IMG/VR virus record: IMGVR_UViG_3300026549_000029
Coordinates: 96,001-160,000 of that record
Length of the DNA: 64,000 bases
Direction: 5' to 3' (one strand)
From: a virus
Taxonomy: Duplodnaviria > Caudoviricetes
The translations under genes were made by a program, and so were the position numbers. This document shows, one piece after another, positions 30,972 through 40,728 of the stretch (within the stretch, counting starts at the first letter, position 1; the number at the start of each line of letters is the position of its first letter). Under the pieces are notes generated by a model. The model did no database searches and was not told where the DNA came from. It saw nothing but the letters and a program-made list of their open reading frames with translations.

Positions 30972-31985
30972 ATGTCTTATGCAGATACAGTTTTTAAAAA
31001 TACATGTAGGGATATTCTTGAAAATGGTACTGATACACAAGGAGAACTTGTAAGACCAGTATGGCAAGATACAGGAGAAAAAGCTTATACAATAAAGAAA
31101 TTTTCTGTAATTCATAGATATAATCTTTCTAAAGAATTTCCTGCTATTACATTAAGACCAGTTCCTATTAAATCTGCTACAGAAGAACTTCTTTGGATTT
31201 ATCAAAAGAAATCAAATAATATTAATGATTTTAAACTCCATATTTGGGATTCTTGGGCAGATTCTAATGGTTCCATTGGTAAAGCCTATGGATATCAGAT
31301 TAAACAGAAATATGCTCATCATAAAATAGCATCATCTGATGAATTAAAATTTGGAAAAGATGATGTTAAATTTTATAATTATATTCATGATTATTTTTCA
31401 AATATTGATATAAAAACTTATCCTTCTTCAGAAATTTATTATGAACAAAAAATAAATGATGATAATAAACGTTCAATTGTAGCATATCTTATGCTTGATC
31501 AGATTGATGCAGTGATCTGGGATCTGAAAAATAATCCATATTCTAGAAGAATTATGACCAATACTTATAATTTTAAAGATCTTCATGAAATGAATCTTTA
31601 TCCTTGTGCATATGAAATGAAATATAATGTTACTAAAGATAAAGAAACTGGAAAACTTGTTCTTAATGGAATTCTTATTCAGAGATCTCAGGATGTATTA
31701 GCAGCATTAGCATGGAATGAAGTTCAGTATGCTGTACTTCTTCATATAATTGCTCAGTGTTGTGATATGATTCCTGGTGAATTTGTTCATGAGATTACAG
31801 ATTGTCATATTTATGATAGGCATGTTCCTATTATTAAAGAACTTATTGAAAGAGAAGAATATCCTGCACCTAAGTTTTGGTTAAATCCTGATATTCATAA
31901 TTTCTATGATTTTACTAAAAATGATGTAAAATTAATTGATTATAAACATGGACCGCAGATTGAATATATTCCTATTGCAGTATAA
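30972..31985 (+). CDS. thyA: Thymidylate synthase
   Basis: EELLW, IGKAYG, SRR, LYPCAY (catalytic Cys), QRSQD, WN..QY (dUMP-specificity Asn), DCHIY, C-terminal IAV. Confidence 0.95.
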   Translation: MSYADTVFKNTCRDILENGTDTQGELVRPVWQDTGEKAYTIKKFSVIHRYNLSKEFPAITLRPVPIKSATEELLWIYQKKSNNINDFKLHIWDSWADSNGSIGKAYGYQIKQKYAHHKIASSDELKFGKDDVKFYNYIHDYFSNIDIKTYPSSEIYYEQKINDDNKRSIVAYLMLDQIDAVIWDLKNNPYSRRIMTNTYNFKDLHEMNLYPCAYEMKYNVTKDKETGKLVLNGILIQRSQDVLAALAWNEVQYAVLLHIIAQCCDMIPGEFVHEITDCHIYDRHVPIIKELIEREEYPAPKFWLNPDIHNFYDFTKNDVKLIDYKHGPQIEYIPIAV

Positions 31986-32006
31986 TAATAATAGGAGGAT
32001 TTATAT

Positions 32007-32714
32007 ATGAATGCTATTGCATGTGTAGATCTTAATTGGGGACTTGGTAGAGATGGTAAACTTCTTTATCATATTCCTGAAGATATGGAATTTTTTAAGA
32101 GTAAAACTAAAGGTAAAGTAGTAATTTATGGTAATTCTACCCTTAAATCTTTTCCAGGGGGAAAACCTCTTAAAGATAGAATTAATATTGTAATTACTTC
32201 TAATAGAAATAATATATCTGAAGAAGCTATTAATAATTCTTGTACTTGTACTAAAATAGAAGTACAAAGTAATGAAAATTTAAATAAGATAAAAAATATT
32301 ATTAGACATAATAGATATGTGGAATTTAATATGTTTAATTCTATTAATAACGATACTATTGATTTTAATGATAAGCCAATTTTATTAATTGCAACTTCTA
32401 TAGAACAAGCCATAAAATTTGCAAGAACTTTAGCTTATGATGAAGATATCTGGGTATGTGGAGGTTCAACTATCTATGAACAAATGATTTCTTATATTGA
32501 TACTTTCTGGATCACTAAAGTTTATCAATATAATGAAGCTGATAGATTCCTTCTTAATCTAGATAAAATGGAAGATGAAGATGAGCTTCCATATTTTATA
32601 CCAGTACAAATAGTTCCTAAAGTTTCAGATAATAATATATATTCATTTATTTGCTATCGTAAAAGAAGTAAATATATTGAAAAAATAAGATCTAATAAAT
32701 TTAGAATAGATTAA
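32007..32714 (+). CDS. folA: Dihydrofolate reductase
   Basis: N.GLG.DGKL..HIPEDM.FF, PLKDRINIVIT, WVCGG.TIY, ADRF. Confidence 0.9.
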   Translation: MNAIACVDLNWGLGRDGKLLYHIPEDMEFFKSKTKGKVVIYGNSTLKSFPGGKPLKDRINIVITSNRNNISEEAINNSCTCTKIEVQSNENLNKIKNIIRHNRYVEFNMFNSINNDTIDFNDKPILLIATSIEQAIKFARTLAYDEDIWVCGGSTIYEQMISYIDTFWITKVYQYNEADRFLLNLDKMEDEDELPYFIPVQIVPKVSDNNIYSFICYRKRSKYIEKIRSNKFRID

Positions 32715-32733
32715 ACTTTAATGGTAAATAAAT

Positions 32734-33639
32734 ATGGATAATAATATAAGCTTTGGAATTAATAAAAAATATATTATAGATAATAATAATCTTATTAAAG
32801 GACCAGAATTATCTTATAATATATATCAAACTTTTATATCTTTAAAGAATAGAATTTCTTATACTGGATATAATGACATGTGTAATTTTATACTTAATAA
32901 TATTACACAATTATTAACATCTGCAGTGGATAAGAATCCTAATAGTTTAAAGATAATATCGGATAGAGATTTCTTATATACTATTCTATTACTCATGAAT
33001 GAATCTAATCCTAATTACAATATTCTAAAAGAGAAATTTACAAAAGAATATATTAATAGATTTAATCGAGTATATAGAGCATATATGATAAATCCAGCAA
33101 AGAATGCTATATTTAATCTTGATACAGCAAATTTAATGTATCAGATTGCTCTTAAATTAAATAGAGATGTAGTAAATAAAATAGTTACTAAAGATCTAGT
33201 GGAATCAAATGCTCTTTGGATAGTTATTAATAGATATTCTTCTACAGATGAAAGAAGAAATATTAGAAGAGCTGTTAGAGCAATGCAACATGTAGATAGA
33301 AATATTATGGATGAAGATATGATAGTAAAAATCTTCTCTAAATTATTTCAAGATCAATTAACAAATCTATTTTGTGCTGTTATGACAGATAGATTTGATG
33401 AATTTGATGATTATAATGAGAGTATTGTATATTCATCTGTAAATATTGCTATATTAAAAATACTTAATACTATGGACTATGATGAAATTAAAGATATCTT
33501 AATTCTTTATGCTAGAGAATTAAATGAATCTGGTATTAAAGGAAGATTTTCTTTAGATACTATTAGTCCAGATGATTATGGTAAAATTATAGAAGCTAAA
33601 GATGAAATAGAAAAAGTATTTGGAATAAAAGTATATTAA
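32734..33639 (+). CDS. Hypothetical alpha-helical protein
   Basis: 301 aa ORF. Confidence 0.7.
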   Translation: MDNNISFGINKKYIIDNNNLIKGPELSYNIYQTFISLKNRISYTGYNDMCNFILNNITQLLTSAVDKNPNSLKIISDRDFLYTILLLMNESNPNYNILKEKFTKEYINRFNRVYRAYMINPAKNAIFNLDTANLMYQIALKLNRDVVNKIVTKDLVESNALWIVINRYSSTDERRNIRRAVRAMQHVDRNIMDEDMIVKIFSKLFQDQLTNLFCAVMTDRFDEFDDYNESIVYSSVNIAILKILNTMDYDEIKDILILYARELNESGIKGRFSLDTISPDDYGKIIEAKDEIEKVFGIKVY

Positions 33640-33697
33640 AATGCTCTCCTTTTAAATAGATATTATAATAATATAATATCGAAAGGAGAATAGTAAT

Positions 33698-34348
33698 ATG
33701 TTTTTATTTGGAAAGAAATATGATGATTACGAACCAGAGGAGGATGTATATGCCTCCTCTGGTATGTTTTATCAAAGATCCGTAAGCGAATTTACTAATA
33801 TTGATGAATTTGTTTATAAGTATTATCCTGAGAATACTATTTTAATCCCTTTATGCAATAATATAGATGTAATTTTAAGTGATGATAATTATGAAGATAA
33901 GGATTATATTCCTCATGATGTAGAAGTAACTTATGATTTAGCAGAAGGAATGATAGAAGAAAATGAAAATTTAACAGAAGAAGAAAAAGATGAAGAATTA
34001 AAAGAATTATATAGAACAACTTATGACTATAGATTATTTAATCCTTACATTTTAAGAGATAGTAACTTACTTCCTATAAATGTAAAAATGTTAGGAGATA
34101 AAAAATGTAGAGGATTAATAGGAAGATTTTTAGATATATTGGAATGGATAGACAAGCAAATATCTACTATTCCATTTGGTTGGGCAAAGAAATGGATAGT
34201 AAAATTGAGAAATAAATATGATAAGAAGATGGTTACTAATAAAGGAAAAGTAATCAGAACTGTAATATGGATACCTTTGTATTCTATATCAAATAGTGCT
34301 GCTATATGTGTAACACTAATTGATAGAATAGATATTATTATAACTTAA
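33698..34348 (+). CDS. Hypothetical protein
   Basis: RBS AAGGAG, early promoter. Confidence 0.7.
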   Translation: MFLFGKKYDDYEPEEDVYASSGMFYQRSVSEFTNIDEFVYKYYPENTILIPLCNNIDVILSDDNYEDKDYIPHDVEVTYDLAEGMIEENENLTEEEKDEELKELYRTTYDYRLFNPYILRDSNLLPINVKMLGDKKCRGLIGRFLDILEWIDKQISTIPFGWAKKWIVKLRNKYDKKMVTNKGKVIRTVIWIPLYSISNSAAICVTLIDRIDIIIT

Positions 34349-34365
34349 AAAAGGAGAAAATAAAA

Positions 34366-34851
34366 ATGGAAAAAATGGAAGAAAAAAAGATTGTTGAAGA
34401 TACCAGTGAAACCATTATTCAAATATTATTAATGTCATGGCTTAATAATATGAATAATCCTTCTAAGTCTAAATTATCAAAAGATGAAATTTTGGAAAAA
34501 AGTTTTTTAGCAAAGGTACTTGTAAAAAAGATTGAAGCTATGGGATTAGATGTTATTGTATCTAATGAACTTTTATCAATTATTGTTTTATGTTCTGAAA
34601 CTCCTGCTGAAGTTCAGATGATTTTCACGGATATTTTAGATGGAGTATTAGAAGCTTATAAAATTGATAAGCTTCCTAAAGAATATAAAATTACTCCATT
34701 TGATTTTATCTATGCATATCCCAATAAATTTCCAATTACATGTTTATATCCTGATGTAAAAGAAAAATACAATAAGAAATGGGATGAACAGAAAATCAAT
34801 GGAATGAATTCATATGATACATATAAATTCTGGGAAAAATATAGAAGTTAA
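34366..34851 (+). CDS. Hypothetical protein
   Basis: RBS AAGGAG. Confidence 0.7.
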   Translation: MEKMEEKKIVEDTSETIIQILLMSWLNNMNNPSKSKLSKDEILEKSFLAKVLVKKIEAMGLDVIVSNELLSIIVLCSETPAEVQMIFTDILDGVLEAYKIDKLPKEYKITPFDFIYAYPNKFPITCLYPDVKEKYNKKWDEQKINGMNSYDTYKFWEKYRS

Positions 34852-34948
34852 TTATAAAAAGAAGGTAGTAATTACTACCTTCTTTTTTTATTTTTTATTT
34901 ACTTCACTATAATACATAAAATAAATTAGTAGGAGTTATTTTAGTATT

Positions 34949-35227
34949 ATGGCTAATAGTAATTACATAAAGACAAGGCGTCATGTACTTTCAAGTACTG
35001 GATATAAATTATTATCTTATTGGGCAAAAGCAGAGTCTATTGAATTAAATAACGGCAATAATCTTGAAACGGATTATGCCAATTTAAAACAAAATTCAAA
35101 TCTTAAATCAAATTCATCATTAGTTTTAGCATCTGGTACTAATGATGAAGTTACAGTATCTGCTAGTCAGATGAGTAGTTTATTAAGTTTATTATCTCTT
35201 ACTACTTGGAATGGAGGTAATTATTAA
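34949..35227 (+). CDS. Small tail-fibre-associated-like protein
   Basis: RBS AGGAG; translationally coupled (TAATG) to the next gene. Confidence 0.5.
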   Translation: MANSNYIKTRRHVLSSTGYKLLSYWAKAESIELNNGNNLETDYANLKQNSNLKSNSSLVLASGTNDEVTVSASQMSSLLSLLSLTTWNGGNY

Positions 35228-35892
35228 TGGCTATAGATGCTTTTGTTGATAGTACACAGTTAAATTCTGATTTAACTTCTATTGCTAATGCCATAAGAGC
35301 TAAAGGAGAACTTCCAAGTTCACAGAAACTTTCATTTCCAGCAGGTTTTATATCAGCAATAAGTTCAATACCACATAATAGTTTAGGTACTCATACTTTT
35401 ACTGAAAATGGTACATATAATGCAACCGATTATAATTGTGATGGATTATCTCAAGTTACTATAAAATCTCATCCAGGATTATTATTTCCTATAAATTTTG
35501 ATATTACTACTGGATATGTCTATGGTAATCTATGGAAATGGGGAGGAACAACAGTATCTCATTCTGATGTATTTGAAGTGGAAGCAAATAAATTATATTA
35601 TTTATTTGTAGGAGAAACTACTGGTACTAGATTTAGAAGTATGTTTAGTCCTATTAATCCAGAAGATGTACCATTGAAAGATAGAACAAATGATAATGAT
35701 ATAGTTGGTACTCAAATACTTAGAAAAGATAATCCTGAGAGTTATGCAGGTACTAAGTTTACTACTACTGAAGCTGGATATATACTAATTCAGAAAGACA
35801 ATGCTGGAGTTGTTGGATTAATTTCATTTGTAATTGATATATCTGCATTAGAAAGCGCATTTATAGACATATTTATACAATCACAAAATTGA
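35227..35892 (+). CDS. Tail fibre/receptor-binding-like protein
   Basis: LTSIANAIRAKG...LSFPAGFISAISSI and TENGTY..DGLSQVT motifs typical of Firmicute phage fibre proteins. Confidence 0.55.
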   Translation: MAIDAFVDSTQLNSDLTSIANAIRAKGELPSSQKLSFPAGFISAISSIPHNSLGTHTFTENGTYNATDYNCDGLSQVTIKSHPGLLFPINFDITTGYVYGNLWKWGGTTVSHSDVFEVEANKLYYLFVGETTGTRFRSMFSPINPEDVPLKDRTNDNDIVGTQILRKDNPESYAGTKFTTTEAGYILIQKDNAGVVGLISFVIDISALESAFIDIFIQSQN

Positions 35893-36009
35893 TAAATATA
35901 GTCTAGAGAGAAATCTCTAGACTATTATATAAAATTAATAAGCGTATCTTTAAAACTTTACTTTCTATACAACATTTTATAAAATAAATTTTAGGAGGTT
36001 ATTCATAAT

Positions 36010-36741
36010 ATGATAATTGATAAAAATGGCTATAAGCATGTAGAAATTGGAGATAGATATGGTAGACTTACAGTAATAGAAGAAGCTCCAAAACATAGAG
36101 AACCTAATGGTCATCTTGTTAGAATGTTTAGATGTAAATGCGATTGTGGAAATGAAACTATTGTAGCAGGGCATTCTCTTACAAAATCTAATAGACCCAC
36201 TATTAGTTGTGGATGTATAAAAATAGATTTTCCAGCAGGGCTTACACATGGATTAAGTAAGACTGCAGTATATAGACATTATATTGCTATGAAATCAAGA
36301 TGTACTAACCCTAATGCATCTGATTATTATAGATACGGAGGAAGAGGAATTAAAATTTGTAATAGATGGTTAGATCCTGAAGACGGATTTATGAATTTCT
36401 ATGCTGATATGGCTCCTATATATGTAGAAGGATGGACTCTTGATAGAATTAATAATGAAGGAGATTATTGCCCTGAAAATTGTAGATGGGCTCCAAAATG
36501 GGTACAATCAAATAATACTAGAAAAAATGTACATATAACTTTAAATAATGAAACTATGACTATGACAAATTGGATTAGAGCATATGGTGTTAATGAGAAT
36601 GTTGCTAGAACAAGATTAAAAAGAGGTTGGCCTATAGAAGAGGTATTTAGAGGTAGACAAGAGAATCCTAATCCTATTAATGTTGTTTATTTTTTAGATG
36701 AATTTGGTAGTCCTATTCCTCAAGATCAAATTAAAGATTAA
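36010..36741 (+). CDS. Free-standing HNH homing endonuclease
   Basis: YGRLTV, CKCDCGN, MKSRC, YGGRGIKIC.RW, TLDRINNEGDYCPENCRWA. Confidence 0.9.
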   Translation: MIIDKNGYKHVEIGDRYGRLTVIEEAPKHREPNGHLVRMFRCKCDCGNETIVAGHSLTKSNRPTISCGCIKIDFPAGLTHGLSKTAVYRHYIAMKSRCTNPNASDYYRYGGRGIKICNRWLDPEDGFMNFYADMAPIYVEGWTLDRINNEGDYCPENCRWAPKWVQSNNTRKNVHITLNNETMTMTNWIRAYGVNENVARTRLKRGWPIEEVFRGRQENPNPINVVYFLDEFGSPIPQDQIKD

Positions 36742-36836
36742 ATATATATTATAATTGTAGAATAGATATTATTGTATTTTAATATCTATTCTACAATTAT
36801 ATAAATTTGATAAATAATAAGGAGAAAATATAATAA

Positions 36837-39149
36837 ATGAGATCAAATAATTTTGCTGATCAAGTTGAAGAAGCTTATTCTAATTTAGATTCTAAAGAAC
36901 AAATGCTAGGTAAAGGACTAATTCAACCTAATACGGCGACGAATAGTGGCAGCAGGAAAATAATGATGAGCACCCATACGTCGCATCATCTTACCCTCTC
37001 TCAGGCGCAACCACCTTATATATCCACTGGTTTTGAAAATATGTTTGGAGATCATTCTTCTTCTATTATTAATTCTTCATCTGATCTTTTTGATAGAGTT
37101 AATGATAATAATAAAAATGATTCTTCATCATCTCACGATAAACCATATCTTTCATCTTACTCTTCTCCTGTAGAAGTAATAGCTAAGATATCTAAGTTTT
37201 CTTATGCACCTAATCATCATTATTATCTTATAGTAAAAGATTCAGATTCTAATTCTCTTGATGTTATAGAAAGAGTATCATATAAATATCAGACAGAATG
37301 TTATGGATTTCTCTATAATAATTCTGTTCTTGACTCTTATTCTTTTCCTGGTTCTATAATTCCACCTAATACTATTCTTCGTCGTTCTACTGGTTTTGAT
37401 GCTTATGGTAATAAAGCAGATGGTTATAATATAAATACTGCTTATATGGCATTAGATCATAATATGGAAGATTCTGTTATTATCTCTGATACTTGTTCAG
37501 AAAAACTTTCTGCACCTCTTATCAGAAATGTAGAAATCATTCTTAATGAAAATGATATTCCATTAAATATTTATGGGGATGATAATATTTATAAAGTATT
37601 TCCTGATATTGGGGAAGATGTAAAAGATGGAATTCTTCTTGCATATAGAAGAGAGAAAAGAGAAGAAGCTATATACACTCAATCAGTATCTAGATTGCAG
37701 CAGATAATGATGAGTGATGATAAGATTACTATTAAAGGAAAAGTAATAGATATTCAATTATACTGCAATAATCCTGAATATATTTCTAAATCTACATATA
37801 ATCAGCAGTTTTATGCTTATTATCAAGATAGAATTAGAATGTGTACAGAAATTATGAATGTAGTAGGTCCTTATAAAACTCAAGGATATAATTTAAGTTA
37901 TAGATTGGACAAATTATATTCAAGATCCATTAGTGAAGTTAATGGAAAGAAATTTATGGAGAAAAAATTATTCTCTAATATTAGAATTGAATTTACTGTA
38001 ATGGAAAATAGACCTTTAGGTGTAGGAGATAAAGTAGCAGATAGATATGGAGGAAAAGGAGTTATTTCTAAAATAATTCCTAATGAACTAATGCCTAAGA
38101 TGGCTAATGGAATGCCTATAGAGATGATTAAAAATTCCTCTACTATGTATAATAGAGAAAATGCTGGACAGATATTTGAATTAGAAATTAATTATATCTC
38201 TATGTGTATTTTAGATAGAATAAAATCTGGGTATTATGGAGATGATATAGAAGCAGCAATGGATGAGATTTTAAAATTTGTTAAACTTCAGTCTCCCGTA
38301 CAATATGAAGAAATGAAGAAATATATTGATTCTTATGATATACAAGGAGTCATATATTTCTTGGAGAGTATATTGCAAAAGACTTGTATTCCTATTTCAA
38401 ATAATCCTATGTCTGAAACTATGGATATAGATAAATTAAGAAGATTATACGAGGAATTTCCTTGGATTAATCAATCATATTTGATGGTTCCTATTGTAGA
38501 TTCTAAAGGAAATTATAGATTTGTAAAATCTAGAAGACCTGTAATAGCAGCACCTATATATTGTTTAAGATTAAAACAATTTGCAGAAGAAAAATTTTCT
38601 GCTGCAAGTTTAAGTTCTACTAATATTAAAAATGAGAATGCTAAGAGTAAAGCTAGTAAAAATTATAGAGAACCTAATTCTAATACTCCTATTAAGTTTG
38701 GTCAGATGGAATCTGGAGATTTTGATCATATGGGGACAGAATATGTAGTAATCAATCTCTTATTGCATTCTTTATCTCCACATGGTAGAAGATTAGTAGA
38801 ACAAGCTGCTATAGGTGATCCTTATAATGTAGATATTAAATTGGATTCTAAATCAAAAAATAGATCTGCAGAAATCTTAAATACCAGATTAAAAGCTATG
38901 GGCTATAGATTAGTATTTAAGAAGATTAAGAAACATAAGAAATATGCATTATTAACTCCTGCATTAGAATTCTTTGAAAGGTCTCCTGAAGATCCTATTG
39001 AAGTTGTAGATTTTATGGAAGAAGGATATGACTTCGATAAATGGTATAAGACTCTATATGAGATAGAAAAAATCAAGAAGAATAGTGTTGCTATGATTAA
39101 TGCTATTTCATTCACTGAAGATTCTTCTCATGTACCTGAAGATGAGTAA
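36837..39149 (+). CDS. Phage RNA polymerase beta subunit, C-terminal part (phiKZ gp71/73-like)
   Basis: NSGSRKIM, EDSVIIS, GDKVADRYGGKGVISKI, R.N.GQ, KFGQME. Confidence 0.92.
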   Translation: MRSNNFADQVEEAYSNLDSKEQMLGKGLIQPNTATNSGSRKIMMSTHTSHHLTLSQAQPPYISTGFENMFGDHSSSIINSSSDLFDRVNDNNKNDSSSSHDKPYLSSYSSPVEVIAKISKFSYAPNHHYYLIVKDSDSNSLDVIERVSYKYQTECYGFLYNNSVLDSYSFPGSIIPPNTILRRSTGFDAYGNKADGYNINTAYMALDHNMEDSVIISDTCSEKLSAPLIRNVEIILNENDIPLNIYGDDNIYKVFPDIGEDVKDGILLAYRREKREEAIYTQSVSRLQQIMMSDDKITIKGKVIDIQLYCNNPEYISKSTYNQQFYAYYQDRIRMCTEIMNVVGPYKTQGYNLSYRLDKLYSRSISEVNGKKFMEKKLFSNIRIEFTVMENRPLGVGDKVADRYGGKGVISKIIPNELMPKMANGMPIEMIKNSSTMYNRENAGQIFELEINYISMCILDRIKSGYYGDDIEAAMDEILKFVKLQSPVQYEEMKKYIDSYDIQGVIYFLESILQKTCIPISNNPMSETMDIDKLRRLYEEFPWINQSYLMVPIVDSKGNYRFVKSRRPVIAAPIYCLRLKQFAEEKFSAASLSSTNIKNENAKSKASKNYREPNSNTPIKFGQMESGDFDHMGTEYVVINLLLHSLSPHGRRLVEQAAIGDPYNVDIKLDSKSKNRSAEILNTRLKAMGYRLVFKKIKKHKKYALLTPALEFFERSPEDPIEVVDFMEEGYDFDKWYKTLYEIEKIKKNSVAMINAISFTEDSSHVPEDE

Positions 39150-39193
39150 TTTTATTATAAGAGGGGATAGAAATATTCCCTCTTATATTTTTT

Positions 39194-39715
39194 ATGAGGA
39201 ACTATATTATGATTTCTGATAGTCTTAATAATATGCTTGGTAAAATATGTAAATTAGAATATATTAAAAGTATTTATAATACAAAAATAGAAAAATTCGA
39301 ACGAAATGATTATATAATGATACCAAATTCTTCATATGATTTTTTTAGATATTTTAATTCTTATGAACAGCTTAATGAAAAATTCTTTTCTGTATATAAA
39401 AATATAGATATTTATGAAATAGATAAAGGTACTATATTAAATGGTAATATAATTGAATTTACAATATCTGATATTTCTAAAGAAAAAGACTTTTCCATAA
39501 TCAAATCAAATCATATCATAATTTCTGGAGTTATTCTTACAGGAATAGAAACTTCAGATTCTGAAGAACCATCTACAAAATCTATAATCGGTGTTACTCC
39601 AAAAATAATAGAAGATAATGATATTTTACAAGAATCTTGTCAATTAAATATGACATTAGGTGGTTATAATAAATTATATGATTTATTATCTTCGAATGAT
39701 GAGGTTAAATTATAA
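39194..39715 (+). CDS. Hypothetical protein
   Basis: 173 aa ORF; start possibly the internal MISD. Confidence 0.6.
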   Translation: MRNYIMISDSLNNMLGKICKLEYIKSIYNTKIEKFERNDYIMIPNSSYDFFRYFNSYEQLNEKFFSVYKNIDIYEIDKGTILNGNIIEFTISDISKEKDFSIIKSNHIIISGVILTGIETSDSEEPSTKSIIGVTPKIIEDNDILQESCQLNMTLGGYNKLYDLLSSNDEVKL

Positions 39716-39784
39716 AATATAAATATATTATAATATTGAAAGGAATTATAGTTATTTATTAAAAATAAAAATGGAGAAATAAAA

Positions 39785-40069
39785 ATGATAATAAATGAAT
39801 TTTCTATTGTTATGAAATCTATAGAATATACATTAAATGATTTATATAAAAATGGTTATATAAAATTAAATATACCAGAAAAAATAAAATATGATAATAC
39901 ATTAAAATTTATTAAAGAAATTGGATTTAAGGTATTAAGAAATTCTGAAGGAATACATAAATTGAATACAAATACAGAAAAAATACAGGATATTATTAAT
40001 GATGAAGAAAAACAAAGAAAATTTGCACTAACTTATCCAGTAGCAATTCAATGTATATATAAATTATAA
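39785..40069 (+). CDS. Hypothetical protein
   Basis: RBS GGAG, early promoter. Confidence 0.65.
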   Translation: MIINEFSIVMKSIEYTLNDLYKNGYIKLNIPEKIKYDNTLKFIKEIGFKVLRNSEGIHKLNTNTEKIQDIINDEEKQRKFALTYPVAIQCIYKL

Positions 40070-40085
40070 CAAAATGGAGGAAATA

Positions 40086-40406
40086 ATGGCACTTAAAGAA
40101 AAAATGATGGAAGAAAATAAAAAATTTGCAAAAATTTGTAAACTAGAAGAACTTATAAAAACTTATAAAAATTTTAGAGAATTTGAAAAATTATCTAAAA
40201 ATCATGATAGAAAAATTATACTTGAAGTAAGAAGTAGAAATAATGATTATCATAATACTGAATCTATAGTAAGATTAGATATTTCTAATATGCCTAAATC
40301 ATTTATTGAAATTCTTTTAAATATTATGTCAGAATATAAAGGTATTTTTGAAGATGAGTTAGATAAAATTTTATTTAAAGATAGAGAAGGAGAAAATAAT
40401 AAATGA
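40086..40406 (+). CDS. Hypothetical protein, paralog of the next gene
   Basis: KIILEVRS...LDISNM vs KLTLVVRS...LDFSDI. Confidence 0.65.
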   Translation: MALKEKMMEENKKFAKICKLEELIKTYKNFREFEKLSKNHDRKIILEVRSRNNDYHNTESIVRLDISNMPKSFIEILLNIMSEYKGIFEDELDKILFKDREGENNK

Positions 40407-40728
40407 GTATTAATATTAATAATAGTAGAATTAAAGAAGTAAATATTAATATTAATAATAATAATGAAATTAAAGAAACTGATAAAATTCAAGAGATTTT
40501 ATCAATATTTCATAACTATGAAATATTTGAAACATTATTATCTAATGATAATAAAAAACTTACACTTGTAGTAAGATCTGATTCTAGACTTTCTACAATA
40601 CAAATATTAGATTTTTCTGATATATCTGAAGAGCTTATTAATGATATTTTAAAATATATAAAAAATATAAATCTAATTTAGCAAAAAAAGTACAAGATAT
40701 TTTAAATAATAATGAGGATACAGAATAA
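40403..40728 (+). CDS. Hypothetical paralog, probably frameshifted at the A6 run (40660..40665)
   Basis: As written it stops at 40681; adding one A extends it to a TAATG overlap with the next gene. Confidence 0.5.
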
